This document shows, in pieces, positions 36,255-50,915 of a stretch of DNA of 64,000 nucleotides (position 1 is the first letter of the stretch; the number at the start of each line of letters is the position of its first letter). The notes beneath the pieces were generated by a model. The model worked only from the letters and a program-made list of their open reading frames with translations, had not been told where the DNA came from and did not search any database. The stretch is from Haliotis rubra (taxonomy: Eukaryota): the NCBI RefSeq assembly GCF_003918875.1, contig NW_025766447.1, positions 3,348,001 through 3,412,000 of the forward strand. Direction: 5' to 3'. The translations under genes and the position numbers were made by a program.

Positions 36255-36745
36255 TGGAAACTGGAATATTGCTGAGTGCAATTATGAAAAAATTACAAAT
36301 TTGACACAGAATTTACATTTCAAGAAAAACTAAAATGTCAAAAAATATTTTTTTGGACATTTTATTAACATAACATTACTGTTTGATCTCTGGTCCTGAT
36401 GACATTTGTTACATTGTCAAACGTTTCTGCTACATGAATGGTGACACTGGTAACACTGAAGAACTAATGATCTTCACATGTTTTGAAGTCATAAGAACTG
36501 TCTCCATGTCAGAATCCCAATATTGAAAACAGTTTTGGTAAGCAATTCATTTTCCACAGTATAAACCTTTCTTTCCCAAATTTTATACATCAAACACAAT
36601 AGGCTTCTCTTCTATCACTTGAACAGTTGACTTGTACAGCTGAGATTTGGAATATTGTCCTGCGTATGCTGCATATTCAGGCTGATGTTATAAACACATG
36701 AGAGATGAAAGTCTACATGATGAGGATGACTGTGTTCGTACACAG

Positions 36746-39047
36746 CTAGGTCTTCATGGGTTCACTGCCATCAGGGTTCTTGCCTTTCTTCTCTAGTTCA
36801 GCCCTGAAACAGACATGTATTTCAGTGACTTAACAGTTATGGGTGCTTTATTTCATGTCTTGAAGATGTTCATCAAATATTTTAAGAAGTGAAAAAACAT
36901 ATGATCAAACCAAATCCTTAAATATTGTATGATCGTGTATGACAAATACCTGTCAAACACCTTATAAGTGATGAGTATTGGACTGAATTTTGTGGTGCAG
37001 TTCATAGCAATAATGATTCATGTATTGCAATACATACCACAAAATATTACATAAATTCTATCTGTAATTGGCTATGAACCTGAATGAATAAAATATCCCC
37101 CCAAACCCTTCTGTCTTCTTACTTTGTTGGATGTTATGGTGGTCACGATAGATTCGTAATAAACACAGTAATCTGCTTGTAAATTGTTTCCCTACTCTAT
37201 CAAAGGAAACACTTTCTTAATTTGACTTGTTGATAGTTGTCACTTTCGGAAACATTTCCAGCAAGATGAAGATTGAGCATGATTTCGAAATTCTCAACTC
37301 ACAGGTTCTGTGATACATATTCATTATATTTCACATCATTGTATACTGGTAATACAGGCACATTTTTTATCAATACAAACAAACACTCAATAGTATATTC
37401 TTTGTTAAAATGTCATAAGTAACATTACTAATACTGTTGTTAATGTGTAAGACTTGTCTTCATGTCTGACAGTCATTTCTATCAAGAAGTGAGTGAGTGA
37501 GTGGGGTTTTACGCCGCTTTTAGCAATATTCCAGCAACATCACGGCGGGGGACACCAGAAATGGGCTTCACACAATGTCTCCATGTGGGGAATCGAACCC
37601 GGGTCTTCGGCGTGACAAGCGAACGTTTAACCACTAGGCTACCCCACCGCCCCTTCTATCAACATGATCAAGAATACTGCATATGATGACTGGTAGATAA
37701 AGGAATGGAGCAGTACCTGAGTTGTTTAGAGAAATCATCCTCAATATTGTCATCATCCCAGTTGTCTTCCCACACCTTCACATCTTCTGGGTCTTCATCC
37801 ACAGCATCCCAGTCTGCCAATTACAAACAGTAATAATCAGTATTAAGCAGTGACATTATGACTGATCAAACATTAACATATATTGTTACTTGATCTTATG
37901 ATGAAGAAACAGGACACTTTCCAGTTATTGACCAGCAAAATCTGTGTACATTTTGCAACATAATAATAGGGCTGGGACGATACAATGTGTCACAATACGA
38001 TACATATTGCGATATTTTACCTGCGATATGATATGTATCACGATACATACACCTTGAAAGAATGACACAGTATTAAAATTTAAAATGATTTATTTGAAGG
38101 TATTTGTGTATAACAATAACACTATTGTAATAAACAAACAAGTAACTCTATCATACTTGCGTATTTTTCTTTACATAAGTACTTTAACATGTTAAAGATA
38201 ATACTGGTTTGAAAAGAAAGTTGTGTATAGTTTTGTATCGATACACCAGTCGACGATACAATAACTGTATCAAACTAAAATGTATCAGTGCATCGGTCAA
38301 TCGTCCCAGCCCTGCATAATAATAATAACGATACATACATATTACATACAGAATTAAGGAAAGCTAGATTAGAATAGATGCATACTACATAAAAATTAGG
38401 AAAGGCTATTGATGATAATATTAAGCAAAGAGGTCAGTCCTAACACGAGGCCGTACTACCTTGCAAAATGTTGTCACTTTTCCACTGGGAACCATTATTC
38501 AACGTTCACTTTCATTTCAGTGATTAAAGTAGAAAACACTGCAGCCATATTCAACCTTGTTTCTGGCACGGGGTTGAAGCATCACATCAAGGTTCCTGTG
38601 TCATGATTTTTAGGCTAATGTTCAAAAGGCCATTCAAGTTCAACATGTTCAACATTCTATCAAGATAAAGATATTCGTCTGCTGGACAGTAATTATTTTT
38701 AGCCTATCCATGAATAAGCATTTATTACGAATATTAATGTCATTTATATGGTAAGAACTACGGACTTCCCTTTTTTGTTGAAGTATTTCAAAATACATGC
38801 TAAACAGCTTTCAGTAGGCTAGAACAGGCGACACGAAATTGAATCATGAATGAGTAACACAGGGCAGTCGCCACATGGTGAATTCCGTTAACTCTGTGTA
38901 TATAACCTGATAGTTTGGCCTAAAAGTAGACATATTGTCGTTATGTGGATCTTTGCACTGGTTATTACCTTCAGCTGGAAACTCCTCAAATTCGTCGTCT
39001 TCTTCTAAAAGACCTAAGTCAGGCTTCTTTTGTGGTTCGGCCGCCAT
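36746..39047 (-). CDS. SEM1: 26S proteasome subunit SEM1/DSS1, 77 aa
   Basis: Exons 39047-38969, 37813-37717, 36803-36746 (79+97+58 nt) give [77 protein letters not shown]; minus-strand AATAAA at 36366-36361. Confidence 0.98.
37489..37653 (-). mobile_element. Family A SINE in SEM1 intron
   Basis: Full length with (actc)n tail; flanking ttctatcaa repeat. Confidence 0.92.
37967..38314. mobile_element. hAT MITE, 348 bp
   Basis: TIR tagggctgggacgat / atcgtcccagccctg; canonical 8-bp TSD cataataa; internal cgatac repeats. Confidence 0.9.
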
Positions 39048-39651
39048 GATGAAATGGAATGAAAAGATTAAAAGACGGACAAATCCGCACACTACTAATG
39101 TCTGAAGCGCTCGTAATATCCCACTACACAGTCATACATATTATAAGGCAAAACCTGTACATCGATGATTGATTTACTTGCATCAGATGGAAAATGGACT
39201 AAGAAATCACGAATCCTATCTGCGTATCGTGGTTGCCAGTCAAATCGCCCCAGCTACAAAATGCTACAACAAATTTGTCAAAATGTCCCTGATTTTTGGT
39301 CAAATTGCCCCAGGTTTGGCCCCAGGGGGTAGTCAAAATGCCCCAATTTATTAAAAATGATTAAATATATGCCATAGATGCAGAGTTTTTGTCAACTTAG
39401 ACATTATATTCTTCATATAATATTATATAGTAATATTTCTGATAAATGTTCCATTAGTAAACTAATAAGAGCAAAAGTAATATTCATGTAATACCAACAT
39501 TATTTGCATGTTATTAATGCTTTTGTCAAGAATTACAAGAATAAAATGAAATGTTTGTATAATATGTTTATTGGCCGTAAATGCCTAGTTTTTGTCAACT
39601 GGGATATTATAATCCTCATATAGAAGTTAGTAAGAAATCACATGTCTTTCT

Positions 39652-39830
39652 TTCTGTCTTTTTTTCTGTGTCAGACCCAGTATTGTGGAATAGTATCCCT
39701 TTTGAAGTCAGATCTACAAACTCAATTGGCTCTTTCCGCCAATCCTTGAAAACATTTTTATTCTCCAATTACTTTTAACTTCTGTATTGTTTCATGTTTC
39801 TATTTATGTAAAGCACCACTGAGCATGTAA
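39652..39830 (+). mobile_element. L2/CR1-type LINE 3' fragment
   Basis: FSVSDPVLWNSIPFEVRSTNSIGSFRQSLKTFLF* matches the typical CR1/L2 ORF2 C-terminus. Confidence 0.75.
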
Positions 39831-40294
39831 CATATGTTATATTTGAGATAACACTTTCTTAGCAAAGTACAGATTCTAGTACTTTTGGTTTGTTTGTTTT
39901 TCTCTTTTTGGGGGGTTTGCTAATTTCAAAAAGAAGAAGTTAAGCTTAATCTTTCACGTCATTAGGATTTTAATGACCCTACTTTTGTCCTTATGCTGTT
40001 CCCCAATGCCTTTCTCTGATGGTAGCTGAAACTTTAATCACACAGTATCACACTTCGGGGGAAGTTGTTCTGTTGTGTTGGGAACTTTCATTTTGTTGGC
40101 TTCGTCTCGGTTAATTGATCCGGATGTGGAAGAAATATATTCTCTCCGAGAGTAGAGAGTTCTTTCAACTTATCTCCCCTTGTTGATTCCTCGCGCCGTA
40201 CTGTTCTGAGTGAGGATTGTTTACAAGAGGATATTGTTTTAATAACGTTTTGTCAGCCAATGTCTGTTAAAGTTTCATGAGGAACAGACTACAT

Positions 40295-40496
40295 TTTGGG
40301 AAAGACTTTTGCCCCTACCCCCCTTAAATTTTGAAAAGCCCTAACCGAACCCTAAAGTTAAAACATAAGTTGGCATAACCCATATTTTATGGCCCCTAGT
40401 CAAATCATATTCACTGAATATATGTATCTTTTTCCTCATCGTTAAAATTTGGAAGGGGTGGGGGTGGGTAGTAGGGGCGGAAGTCTTACCAAATTT
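40295..40496. mobile_element. MITE-like inverted-repeat element
   Basis: tttgggaaagacttttgcccctac mirrored by gtaggggcggaagtcttaccaaa. Confidence 0.55.
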
Positions 40497-40624
40497 GGTA
40501 TAACGAATCATTTTCAAGTATTTCCATTCACACTTGGTCAGTGTATAACATACTCTACATTACATTGTTAACACTCATTAATTGTTATTGCAGAATAGAG
40601 AACCCATGAACACTTGTCCTTCCC

Positions 40625-43600
40625 ATGGCACGGGAAAAAACCCAGTCTAATGCTGAGTTGTTGAGGCAGACATCATGTCCAGTTGTGTTCACTGGACTTA
40701 CAAACCAGTGGTCCTCCCTAAACTGGACACCGTCTCATCTCGCCCAGGTGCTTCAAGGAAAGACATACAGGTGCAAAATTGCACCCAGGAAGAGCAATGG
40801 TATAGGACTATATCTTGTGTATTTTTACACATTAAGATACTCATGGAATTTTGAAAATGTGCACACATGATCTATGAATACCAGTGTGTACTTGTAGTTT
40901 GTAAACAATAAAATAACACTCATATGGTCCATTTTAGAAAAGGTGTGGGAAACCGACTGTGCTCACATAGAGGCATCTCTGGCTGACTTCACTGATTGGA
41001 CAGCTGGTAATACAAGGGCAGGTAACCCCCTCCACCATGTCTCACTCAGGGACTTCTCATGTTACGTGGACTACAAGTACATGTCTGACATGTTTGAGGA
41101 CTGCAGTGACTTGTTGAAGGTAATTAGCATGCTAACTGACGCAAAATTCTGGTTTTATAGATCGATGCTCATAACGTCAATCACTGGATAGCCTGGTCAA
41201 GACTAGAACATTATTACTCCTGTTTATTTATGTTCCAGTCTGTGGACTGGTCAGTGTTTGGACTGAGTGGACGTGACGGCAAGGACAGCACCATCTGGAT
41301 AGGCAGTGAGGGGGCCTCAACACCATGCCACTATGACACATATGGCTACAACCTGGTGGCACAGATCCACGGCAGGTAGTTGACCATAGTGTATGGATAC
41401 TCAGGGAATGTACCAACATGTAGCAATGTTCCAGCTGTATCATGTACAGCAGCGTAACAATAATCAGTTGATCATAGCATTCTAATTTTGCATGTAAACC
41501 TCTGCTTAAAGATGTCTTTGGTGTGTAGGGTTTATGAGCTTTTGTCAGTGTGTAGAGTGTATGAAGTGTGGATGGTGTGGTGAATGGTAAGTTGAGGGTA
41601 TGAGTTGTACATGGTTTTATGTGTTGCCTCTATGGTGGCTTCTTGTAATGAGAGCTGTGTTTGGTTCCAGAAAGAGATGGCATCTGTTTCCCCCTTCCTC
41701 CACAGAGGCGCTGTACCCAACACGTCTACCCTATGAAGAGTCTAGTGTCTTCAGCGAGGTCAATGTTGGACAGCCTGATCTCGGTAGACATCCTCGGTTC
41801 AAGGTATTCACCACACATGACACACAAGATGTAGTACTGTGTTAATTGTTTAATGTCAGCTTGTTAAATTGATTCAGTTTGAAAGTCATAGTACAAACAG
41901 AAAGGCTATGTCCTGAAAGATATTGCCTTGTGTAATGAGAGGTTTGAACATGTATGTCAACATGAGTATCCTCTCTTGAAAGACATAACACACAGTTACA
42001 GACTGATAACTGCTTCTGATTTTGAGGAGTCATCTGGAGAATCTGTGCAGAGAGAAACTGAGATACAGAGACAAAGTTCTGAAGCATGATCTAGTACCTG
42101 CATGGAAAGGGCATGACACTAAAGGCAGTGCACACTTCAGGAACATTTCCTCTCATATTCAGCTTTAAAGTAATAGGCTGCTGAATGTATGTGAGGCTGA
42201 AACAGCTCAGATGTTGCATGGTCTGGTTATCCCAAATATGCCACATCTGAAACTCAGTTGGAGGCGGAGCGGTGGGGTAGCCTAGTGGTTAAAGCGTTGG
42301 CTCGTCACGCCGAAGACCCAGGTTCGAATCCCCACATGGGTACAATGTGTGAAGCCCATTTCTGGTGTCCCCCACCATGATGTTGCTGGAATATTGCTAA
42401 AAGCGACGTAAAACCAAACTCAGTCAGTCAGTCAGTTGAAGGCTGACCACCTATGTTTAAGGATGACCAACATGTTACAGTTTATCTTGTCAATCTCACC
42501 AGAGGGATTCGTCCTGGCTCGATACAGTTGTTGTTTGTTAGCACAATACCCATGTTATGTGGATCTGAATACATTTTCAAACTACAGTAATTAATTAGTT
42601 TATACAGAACACACTTAGAACAAACTAACAATGTGACAAACTGTTTTGTGGTCCCAGGCTCATACTGTATCTTTTAGTCAAAATGAACTTTGTTTATGAC
42701 AAACTAAAAGAAGGGGCCCTTTTGGGTTCATTTTAGTGTAGTTACTGCATAGAATTAGCAGATCAGTGCCTAATGACCCACAGTCCTTGTCTCCTCTTGT
42801 TCAGGAGAGCCAAGCCGTGGTGGTGACCCTGGAGCCAGGCCAGGTGCTGTACGTACCCTGCCACTGGTGGCATTATGTGGAATGTCTGCAAACAGCCATC
42901 AGCATCAACACCTGGGTGGAACTGGTAAGTCTTGTTTTGTAATGATTGTAGAAACAATAAGTAACCCAGAAGTCAATACAGAAGAGAATTCAGTGTGAAA
43001 CCAACAAACTACAAAGATGTATGCTAATATTAACTAGGTTTACAAATCAATATAGATTACTGCATGGTTATTACACCTGCAGTACTCAATAGAGTGGCAG
43101 TACAAAATTCAGTGCCAGTATAAAACAAACTAGCAGTAGTAATTGCAGTATAGGTATACATGTAATACTAGCAGAGATGCCAACCCATATGATGTTATTG
43201 CATTTTTTACGAAAAGCAAAACAAAATACGACAACGATGGCAGTAAAAATATACAATTTAAAAAAAACAACATTATATTAAATTATCAAATAGCATACGT
43301 AGCATACACAATAAATTTCGATAACATTTTATTCAGTATCAAGCTATATGTGGATACTTACTACTGACTTAATTGAATTAAATGTTAATAACAAGGTCTT
43401 AAACTATATATAAATTACATTTTTTGTTTGATATGAAAAGTCTTTGGAAAAGTTAATACTAATTTTGGCCAACAAATACTAATTTTTAAATCATTTTTGG
43501 CCAAAATACTAATTGGGCTAAATTAGGGTTGGCATCTCTAGCATTCATTTAGCACAAAAATGGTGAAGCTTCCAAAATAGGCCAAGATGGGATATCCATG

Positions 43601-46600
43601 GTTACAGTATGATTGTGACAGTTGGTTTTGATGTAATATGAGATGATATAGGCATGCGCTTGTCCTCTATAAGACCAGAAATACCTTCCAGAAGATCCTC
43701 ACTTTGCTGGAAAGGTCAGTGTAGGAGCGACCAGCTGGGATGACCTGATCAGGATTGGCTCATGTATGTCATGGTATTCCAGTTGTAGAGATCAACACTT
43801 ACGTGGTCATAGTAATTCTGTCTCTAGTGTTGTCAACATGTTGGGTGATATTGTTATGTGGCAGTGTGATTCTTTGTGAAACAGTGTTATACAGGAGCTG
43901 ATCCAGAGGGGGGTACCAGGGTGTGCTACCCCCCTGTCCCCCGAAAAAATGTTCCCTGATGCACCCCTGTTATAATTGTTACAGTGTTCCTGTTGGTATA
44001 CAATAAAGGGCAGTGATGTACTGCTTCTATTTTAGACAGGGAATCTAGAGCAACCAGAATAGTCCTGAGTAGTTTCATCCAGGTTATTACAGACTGGTCC
44101 CGAAGGAAAACGTATGGAAGTGTTTTTACATATTTTGTAAAGGGGGCACAGGTTTGCTGTATGATCTCACATTTGATCAAGACATGCGAGTTTTCACCCT
44201 GCAGTCCCAATCTGATCTTATTTTGAAAGGTTGGCCACTGTGGCAGATACTGGTAGGTTAACATTGATATCACTGCTACAATCACGGCTTCGGTTGGCCA
44301 CTGTGGCAGATACTGGTAGGTTAACATTGATATCACTGCTACAATCACTGCTTCAGTTGGCCACTGTGGCAGATATGGGTAGGTTAACATTGATATCACT
44401 GCTACAATCACGGCTTCGGTTGGCCACTGTGGCAGATACTGGTAGGTTAACATTGATATCACTGCTACAATCACTGCTTCGGTTGGCCACTGTGGCAGAT
44501 ACTGGTATGTTAACATTGATATCACTGCTACAATCACGGCTTTGGTTGGCCACTGTGGCAGATACTGGTAGGTTAACATTGATATCACTGCTACAATCAC
44601 TGCTTCAGTTGGCCACTGTGGCAGATACTGGTAGGTTAACATTGATATCACTGCTACAATCACTGCTTCGGTTATGTTACCAGTGTAACATAGTTGAGAC
44701 ACAGTGTTGCGCAGTGGAATTGAAAACTAAACTAACTAAAATTAAAGTATCGAAATATGCTATTTGGGGAACTAAACGTGACTCTCTTGATTAAACTGAT
44801 GAAATAATTCAAACAATACAAATGGGGAAATAAACGTGAATCTCTTATAACAAATGCTAATGAGGCAATAAACTTAATGTGATACCTTAAATTCTATTAT
44901 CTACACTATCTAGCTCTATTGCAGCATAAGTCTACTATCTACAGTATCTAGCTCTATAGCAGCTAGCTATATGGAACTTCTATTTCGATGCACTAATACA
45001 TTCTTTATATCAGTCTATCTAAATCCTATTTTGACGAGCTGTCACCCAGCTCAAGAAACAACCGAACTCAAGGGAAACCTGAACTCAACTCACGTCTAAA
45101 CTCAATTACGTCTTAACCCAAGCATAACCTGTACACAACTGACCGATCCGACCGTTTCCCACGTGGTCAAGAGCTTGTGGTCTGACCGCACGTGAAAAGT
45201 CATGCTTCTCGGTGAGCCGCGAAGCATGGTGCGTTTATGCGATCTGTTCCAACTGTTTTGTCTCCAGACCACACAGAATGTATCTTTTGCAGCCAAGTGA
45301 TGATGAATGTCGCCTGAGTGAGTCGGTAACCCGAGCCACCATCTCATGTCTTGTGAACAGTGATGCAGGGGCACATCTGGAACACTGGATCAACCCCGGT
45401 GAGGTGAGGTCACCATTCATCAAGTAACACAAAAGTCTTGTTCAATAACTGAGAACATTTATGTAACACATGTTTTGGTTCTGTTTTGGACTATGATTTC
45501 TAAAACTGTCTCCATTTTCATTGTGGTATTGTCTTTGAACAAAATACCATTTGGGGTTGACCTAACATGGTAAGTATCTTGCTCTGAGCAGTTTCATGTA
45601 CGTCATGGGAGGAAAAGGGACTTCAGTGTTTCTTACTTTCTTGAAACCCACCAGCAATAGGAAGGACCTGAAAGTCTAACATCATATAATGGGGCAAATC
45701 TGGGATTTAGACTCAGGGCGAGCAGATCCTGGTATGGCTTGGAGTAGCAACTCTGCAATATACGCCAATGATACCATGAATAGTTACTAAAACAAGATGT
45801 GATGTACAAGGAATGCTTTATCTATAACTGAGAATACCAGTATGCACCCATGAGTGTACATAAGCTTCGTTCATATCATAACTCATTGTCTTCATGTATC
45901 AAATTAATGGAGTTGAATTTGTATGTTTTCTGTGGTTTATACTTATCTGAACATTTAGTTCAAGTGTCTGTCCTTTGCTGGCCTTTTGTCAGTGCATTGT
46001 TAAACAGTTTTTACTTCACCTCAGAGACCAGGAGGCCTACAAAGCTGAAACTTTGCTAAGATTTGTGCAGTGTTATCTCTAATAACTATTTTGGTAATTA
46101 TGATCTGATTTGCACCATGCCTGTCATATTATAACTGTCAATACTGAATAGTGAAATGTGTTGGTTTTCAGATCATTGTAACATCATCAGTGTTAGCTTA
46201 AGTTTATGTTCATCAACTCTACATGAGTACATGCTGTACTTGTCATCACAATGACAGATCAGCTGAAAGATGATTGTCAAATATCCGATTGTTTGTACTA
46301 ATTTATACTTATATTTATCACTAACAGCTTTGTAAAACAATAACTCTTTGTATAAAGGTGAGCTTCTGTGCATTGTAGATTTTGGTTGTGAAATCCAACA
46401 AAAGGGCCTCCCATCACTGCTCAGAGTATTCTGAATAATTTTTTAAACAAAAGTGTTTTTAATAATTTATGTGATCTCACGCAAGTTTTAAAAAATTCTT
46501 GAGAGGTACAAAGCCTTGTCTTCTTTAATAATGGTTTTGATTTGACTGACGTTAACATTCAATTACTTCACAGCAAATAATGCCCATGGATGTTAACCTG

Positions 46601-47416
46601 ACGTATTTGGCCCAATGCCTCCGCTCGCAAGCAGACAAGTCAGCTAATGACTACCTGGAAGCTAGGGGGGTTGGTTCTAAAGATAATCTGCACAGTTTCC
46701 TGCAGCATTTCAAAACAAGACAGTTTGATGTGGTACATGCGCCATGGCACATCCCTGGTGGGGCCTCCATAGTGAAGACTTTACCTGGTGATGGTGAAAC
46801 GAAGCATGACAACAGGGACATGCACCTTGACGACCAGGCACTGGTGGTTGGAGGCTGCAAAAGACACAGTGTTTCTTCTGTTGAGGGTTCAAATGTTGAG
46901 ATGAAAAATGTTAAAAGAAAAACACCAAATCAGAAATGTACTGATGATATACCTGATGTTGTCCCTAATGAAAATATAGATGATGAAAACCTAGTTGACA
47001 AAAAGAAAGCTAGACTTGTTTCAGGGGATATGTGTGTGCATGAGGGCAGTGTTCAAGGAACCTGTGGTATATTTGTCTTACAACCCAGTTGTTTTGACAC
47101 ATATTTCAACACTGTGCATAAATCAAGTCCCAACATGGTATGTGGCTTGGAGGCAGCAGACATTCAGGACATAGGTGATGAGGACTCTGTGAGCCTTGCC
47201 ATGACACACCACTCAGTAGGTGACACACAGCTACCAGAAGCTTGTGCGTCTGGGCAGGACTCAGTGGAAACACAACATTCAGTATCAGTGGCTCATAATG
47301 ATTCATCTGATCTTTCAGCTATCAAGGAAATCTTCTTTAAGAGTCTGCTTCATCCTAGAGTCATGAAGGCATTTGAAGAAGAACTTACAAAGAATTATAT
47401 GTCTTTGATGAAGTAA
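40625..47416 (+). CDS. HSPBAP1: HSPB1-associated protein 1 (JmjC-domain oxygenase), ~566 aa
   Basis: Exons 40625-40799, 40938-41119, 41239-41375, 41671-41803, 42805-42924, 45293-45403, 46574-47416, all GT-AG and in phase. Motifs WIGSEGASTPCHYDTYGYNLVAQIHGRKRWHLFPP, LYPTRLPYEESSVFS, LEPGQVLYVPCHWWHYV (HxD...H intact). Confidence 0.95.
42266..42431 (+). mobile_element. Family A SINE
   Basis: TSD tcagttg(g/a)aggc. Confidence 0.92.
43172..43540. mobile_element. hAT-like MITE
   Basis: TIR agagatgccaaccc / gggttggcatctct; no clear TSD. Confidence 0.65.
44230..44672. repeat. 63-bp minisatellite, 7 copies, in HSPBAP1 intron
   Basis: Unit gttggccactgtggcagatactggtaggttaacattgatatcactgctacaatcac(g/t)gcttc(g/a). 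Confidence 0.97.
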
Positions 47417-47613
47417 ACTCATTTCTATTCTGCTCAGTGTGCTTTGTTGTTTTGTATACCTTGGTCCTCACATACAGTGTGAAGTCTGCACCTCTATAGC
47501 TATATGGTGGAATGGTGGAATCCTGTAATGAACCTGTCTGGACCAGTCATTATGATTATGACCCGACTCAAAACGATCGTGCTGTATGGAGTTAAAGTCC
47601 ACAGAAACATGTA

Positions 47614-47668
47614 AAGATTGGATGAACCGTGAAGATTGGATGAACCGTGAAGATTGGATGAACCGTGA
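47614..47668. repeat. 18-bp tandem repeat, 3 copies
   Basis: aagattggatgaaccgtg. Confidence 0.9.
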
Positions 47669-48738
47669 TGTTTTTCCAGCTGCTCGAGTCCTGTCATTGA
47701 AGTCAAGAGTGCATGTCGAATCGTCAGTAAGTATGATATTAGTCTAACGTTGATTATCCCACCGACGTTCTCTACACCTTACCTCGAATGCAAATGACGT
47801 TAATGACATGTAGATCTTGAGCACGCAAATTCCCTCTATGCAGATGATCCAAGAACGTCTTTGCACTTATTCTTGCACCAGTTACTAGTCCCTTATCTGA
47901 GTGTGCTAACGATTTCTTAACGCTATCCATAGGCGGATCCAGAGGATGTGTGTGTGTGTGTCTATGTGCGTGCATGCGTGTGTGTGTGTTCTGAAAGTTT
48001 ATTTAATGACCATTGACTCTCGTGAAAAAGAACTGTGCACCCCCTCTTTCCCCAAAAGCTGTACCCGCCCCCAGTTATCGTTTTGACAAATCTGTCCTAT
48101 CCTGGAGTTGCTGCTCTTTAACATCCAGGCAGCGTCTACCATTAACGTGATGTGTTCGTTGGTATCGGGCGAAATATCTGCTGGCGAGAGATTGAGAAAC
48201 AAGCAGCGTGTGGCATTCAACTTTCTGACATCTATGGCATATGAACGCTGAGCACGTTCCAAATGTCGCATGATCAATACTGTCACTTCTTTAATGATTA
48301 CATTAGTTGATAGGTATATTTGGCCATTTGGTTTCAAGAAAACAATATGCGTCTGCTCCCAGCCGAGTCAGAGTGACAATGGAACATCTGGCATACCACC
48401 CCTTGCCTGTGCTGTCCGAGCGTGCTTATGACTGTCGTAATGCTGTGTTAGGGAGCTTCATTTCTTACGAAACTTTTCCACGTAAATCGTTTGCTTTTGT
48501 AGCCTGATATTGGTACGTGTTCTTGTAGTTTCACCTCCAAACAAGATACCCCCAAGTCTTTTGCTATATGCGACTTCTGGGTGCCTTTGCATCTACCTTA
48601 CCCCCAAACTACTTCATCTTCTTCACCCAGTACATTTAGGGAATTCCTATTGCTTGGTCGAGACGAACAATATGTCAGTGATCCACAAGGCCGTTTTCTT
48701 ACATTTTCTCACACAAGTGCAAGATTCATATAGTTTGT

Positions 48739-48906
48739 GGGCGGTGGGGTAGCCTAGTGGTTAAAGCGTTCGTTCGTCACGCCGAAGACCCGGGTTCGAT
48801 TCCCCACATGGTCACAATGTGTGAAGCCCATTTCTGGTTTCCCCCGCCGTGATATTGCTGGAATATCGCTAAAAGCGGCGTAGAACCATACTCACCCACT
48901 CACTCT
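48739..48906 (+). mobile_element. Family A SINE
   Basis: TSD tatagtttgt. Confidence 0.92.
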
Positions 48907-50915
48907 TATAGTTTGTAAACCCTCGTTTCCAACACGTTATTCACACAGTTATTGATTGGTATGCTAACTTAAATACAGGATATCTAGTTTCGTGCGTGTG
49001 TGCGCGCTCGGATTTGTGAAATGTCACGTGAAAAGTAGGCCTCTGTGGTATATTGGAGGTGCAAAGAACGCCTATTTGACCTGTGGACAGAAGGTCGGCC
49101 GTTCCATGCCCAGCGTGATGCCAAAGACGTAAGAACGTAGTACTGAAGGAGATAAGGCATGGACTGGTCGGGGTGACTCAGGGATAAACCCACGAACGTG
49201 GGTAGGGTGCTGACAAACCTGGAAACAGAATCGATGTAGACCAGGATTCGAACCCACAATCGTAGGTTTAGGCATGCCCAAACGACACAACTCTGCATAT
49301 ATTGCGAACAGTGGCGCCTTAATCGACTACGTCAACCGCACCATCTCGGAATGTTATACTATGACTGGGTGTAGTATGAATTCCATAGTAGACTGCGGGG
49401 TATTTTCTCATTAGGATACACATGTAAAACCAGCATACGTCAAGACTGGTACAAGCAACCACGTAGGCAACCACACACGTGAATGTACGTCTCTACACAT
49501 ATTCCTTCATACAAAACAAATAAAGAACATACTGACATAATGATGTGGGATCATGAGTAATATGAAATAATAACTCATAACTCATATTAGAATTCTGTAT
49601 GTTTTTAGAATTCAGTATTTTATACCATTCTGTACACATCAACTGATGATATTTAAAAATTATTTACTTTGAAACTTTAGTATTATTTTTACAAATCCAA
49701 TAGTGTAATTGAAGACAAATGACGTGTCCTTCCATGATGGATACTACGATTAGTTAAAACTCAGTGCGTATCCATAATGTTAGGGCGGTGGACCAATCCC
49801 TTAGCAAAATTGTATTTGGAAAATTATTCTGAGGAACTTCTACCTTAATTACAAAGGACAACACAAAGAATATTATGACTGAATACATAATGAAGGCGGT
49901 GTTAACAGTTGTCCTATCTACGCCCACGAGTTATTCAGGCCATGGTACATGACACCTCAGCAATAACTGTACTGCAAGCAATTCCGTGGTATTTGATTGG
50001 CTGACCAAACACATTTCTTTTCCACTAGGAGAAAAATCTAACAAGCCACTATTTCATAGTTGGCTGGTAACAGAATGGGTGGGGCTTGTGTTGCATAATT
50101 GCGCTGAACACGTCACAGATTTCGTATTCTCCTCAGGTTTTTACACCGTAAAGATTAGATGAGCTATTCAGATATTTATGTTGATCGGTGTGACAATACA
50201 TACCCCCCAGTGTATTTACACAGTGCACACCCTGATCGTCACCTTTGTACCTGCAAAAACACGAAAAATATTGCAATCAATTCTTAAGTATATTGTAAGG
50301 AGACGGTATCGCCGATCCCACGACAACCATGATTGGATAACTGTGTTGGCTTTAGACTATCCTTTCTCTACACCGCCTGTGGCCATTCTTCAACAGCAAA
50401 AAATCGGCGAGTATTATGAAATACACAAACTTTGAATGTTTGTATCGGTACAGTAAGTGCTGATGGGTTGTTTCATGTCCTGGATGGTGGGTGTGCATGC
50501 TCGAAGTACTCCTGTTAATAGACAACACGCTCCTCGGAGTCACTTAGGAAGGGTGTTCACTTAGACGTAGAGCTGTGCCTATGGAATGTTACATTGTGGG
50601 GAGACAAGAGGATTTATTGTAGGGTATGATGTCAGTCTTCAAACGGATTTGATATAGTGCTGACTGTATCTTGATATTATAATTCTATTTCTTCCCCATG
50701 AATCAGAAGACCTACTGAATAAACTCCAAACCTCCAAACAACAAAATTAGATGTGCCGAGATATATGTTTTTCATACGATCACTGGCTTTTAAATTGTCT
50801 TCTGATATATATTATGGACATTTATCAGATATAACTTCTGTTCCAACATGTTCCTAGAAAACTTCTCCCATTACGAAGGATCATGTATCTGCTACTGTCT
50901 ATTATGACTCAAGTA

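Noticed and set aside
43926-44794. Repetitive 258-aa and 187-aa ORFs
   Set aside because: By-products of a 63-bp (multiple of 3) intronic minisatellite; the HSPBAP1 exons join in phase without them.
44705-45250. Possible solo LTR in HSPBAP1 intron
   Set aside because: Composition looks element-like, but I could not find matching TG...CA ends with a TSD.
47999-48750. Possible decayed coding sequence on the minus strand
   Set aside because: Multiple stops and no recognisable motif; would need a translated search.
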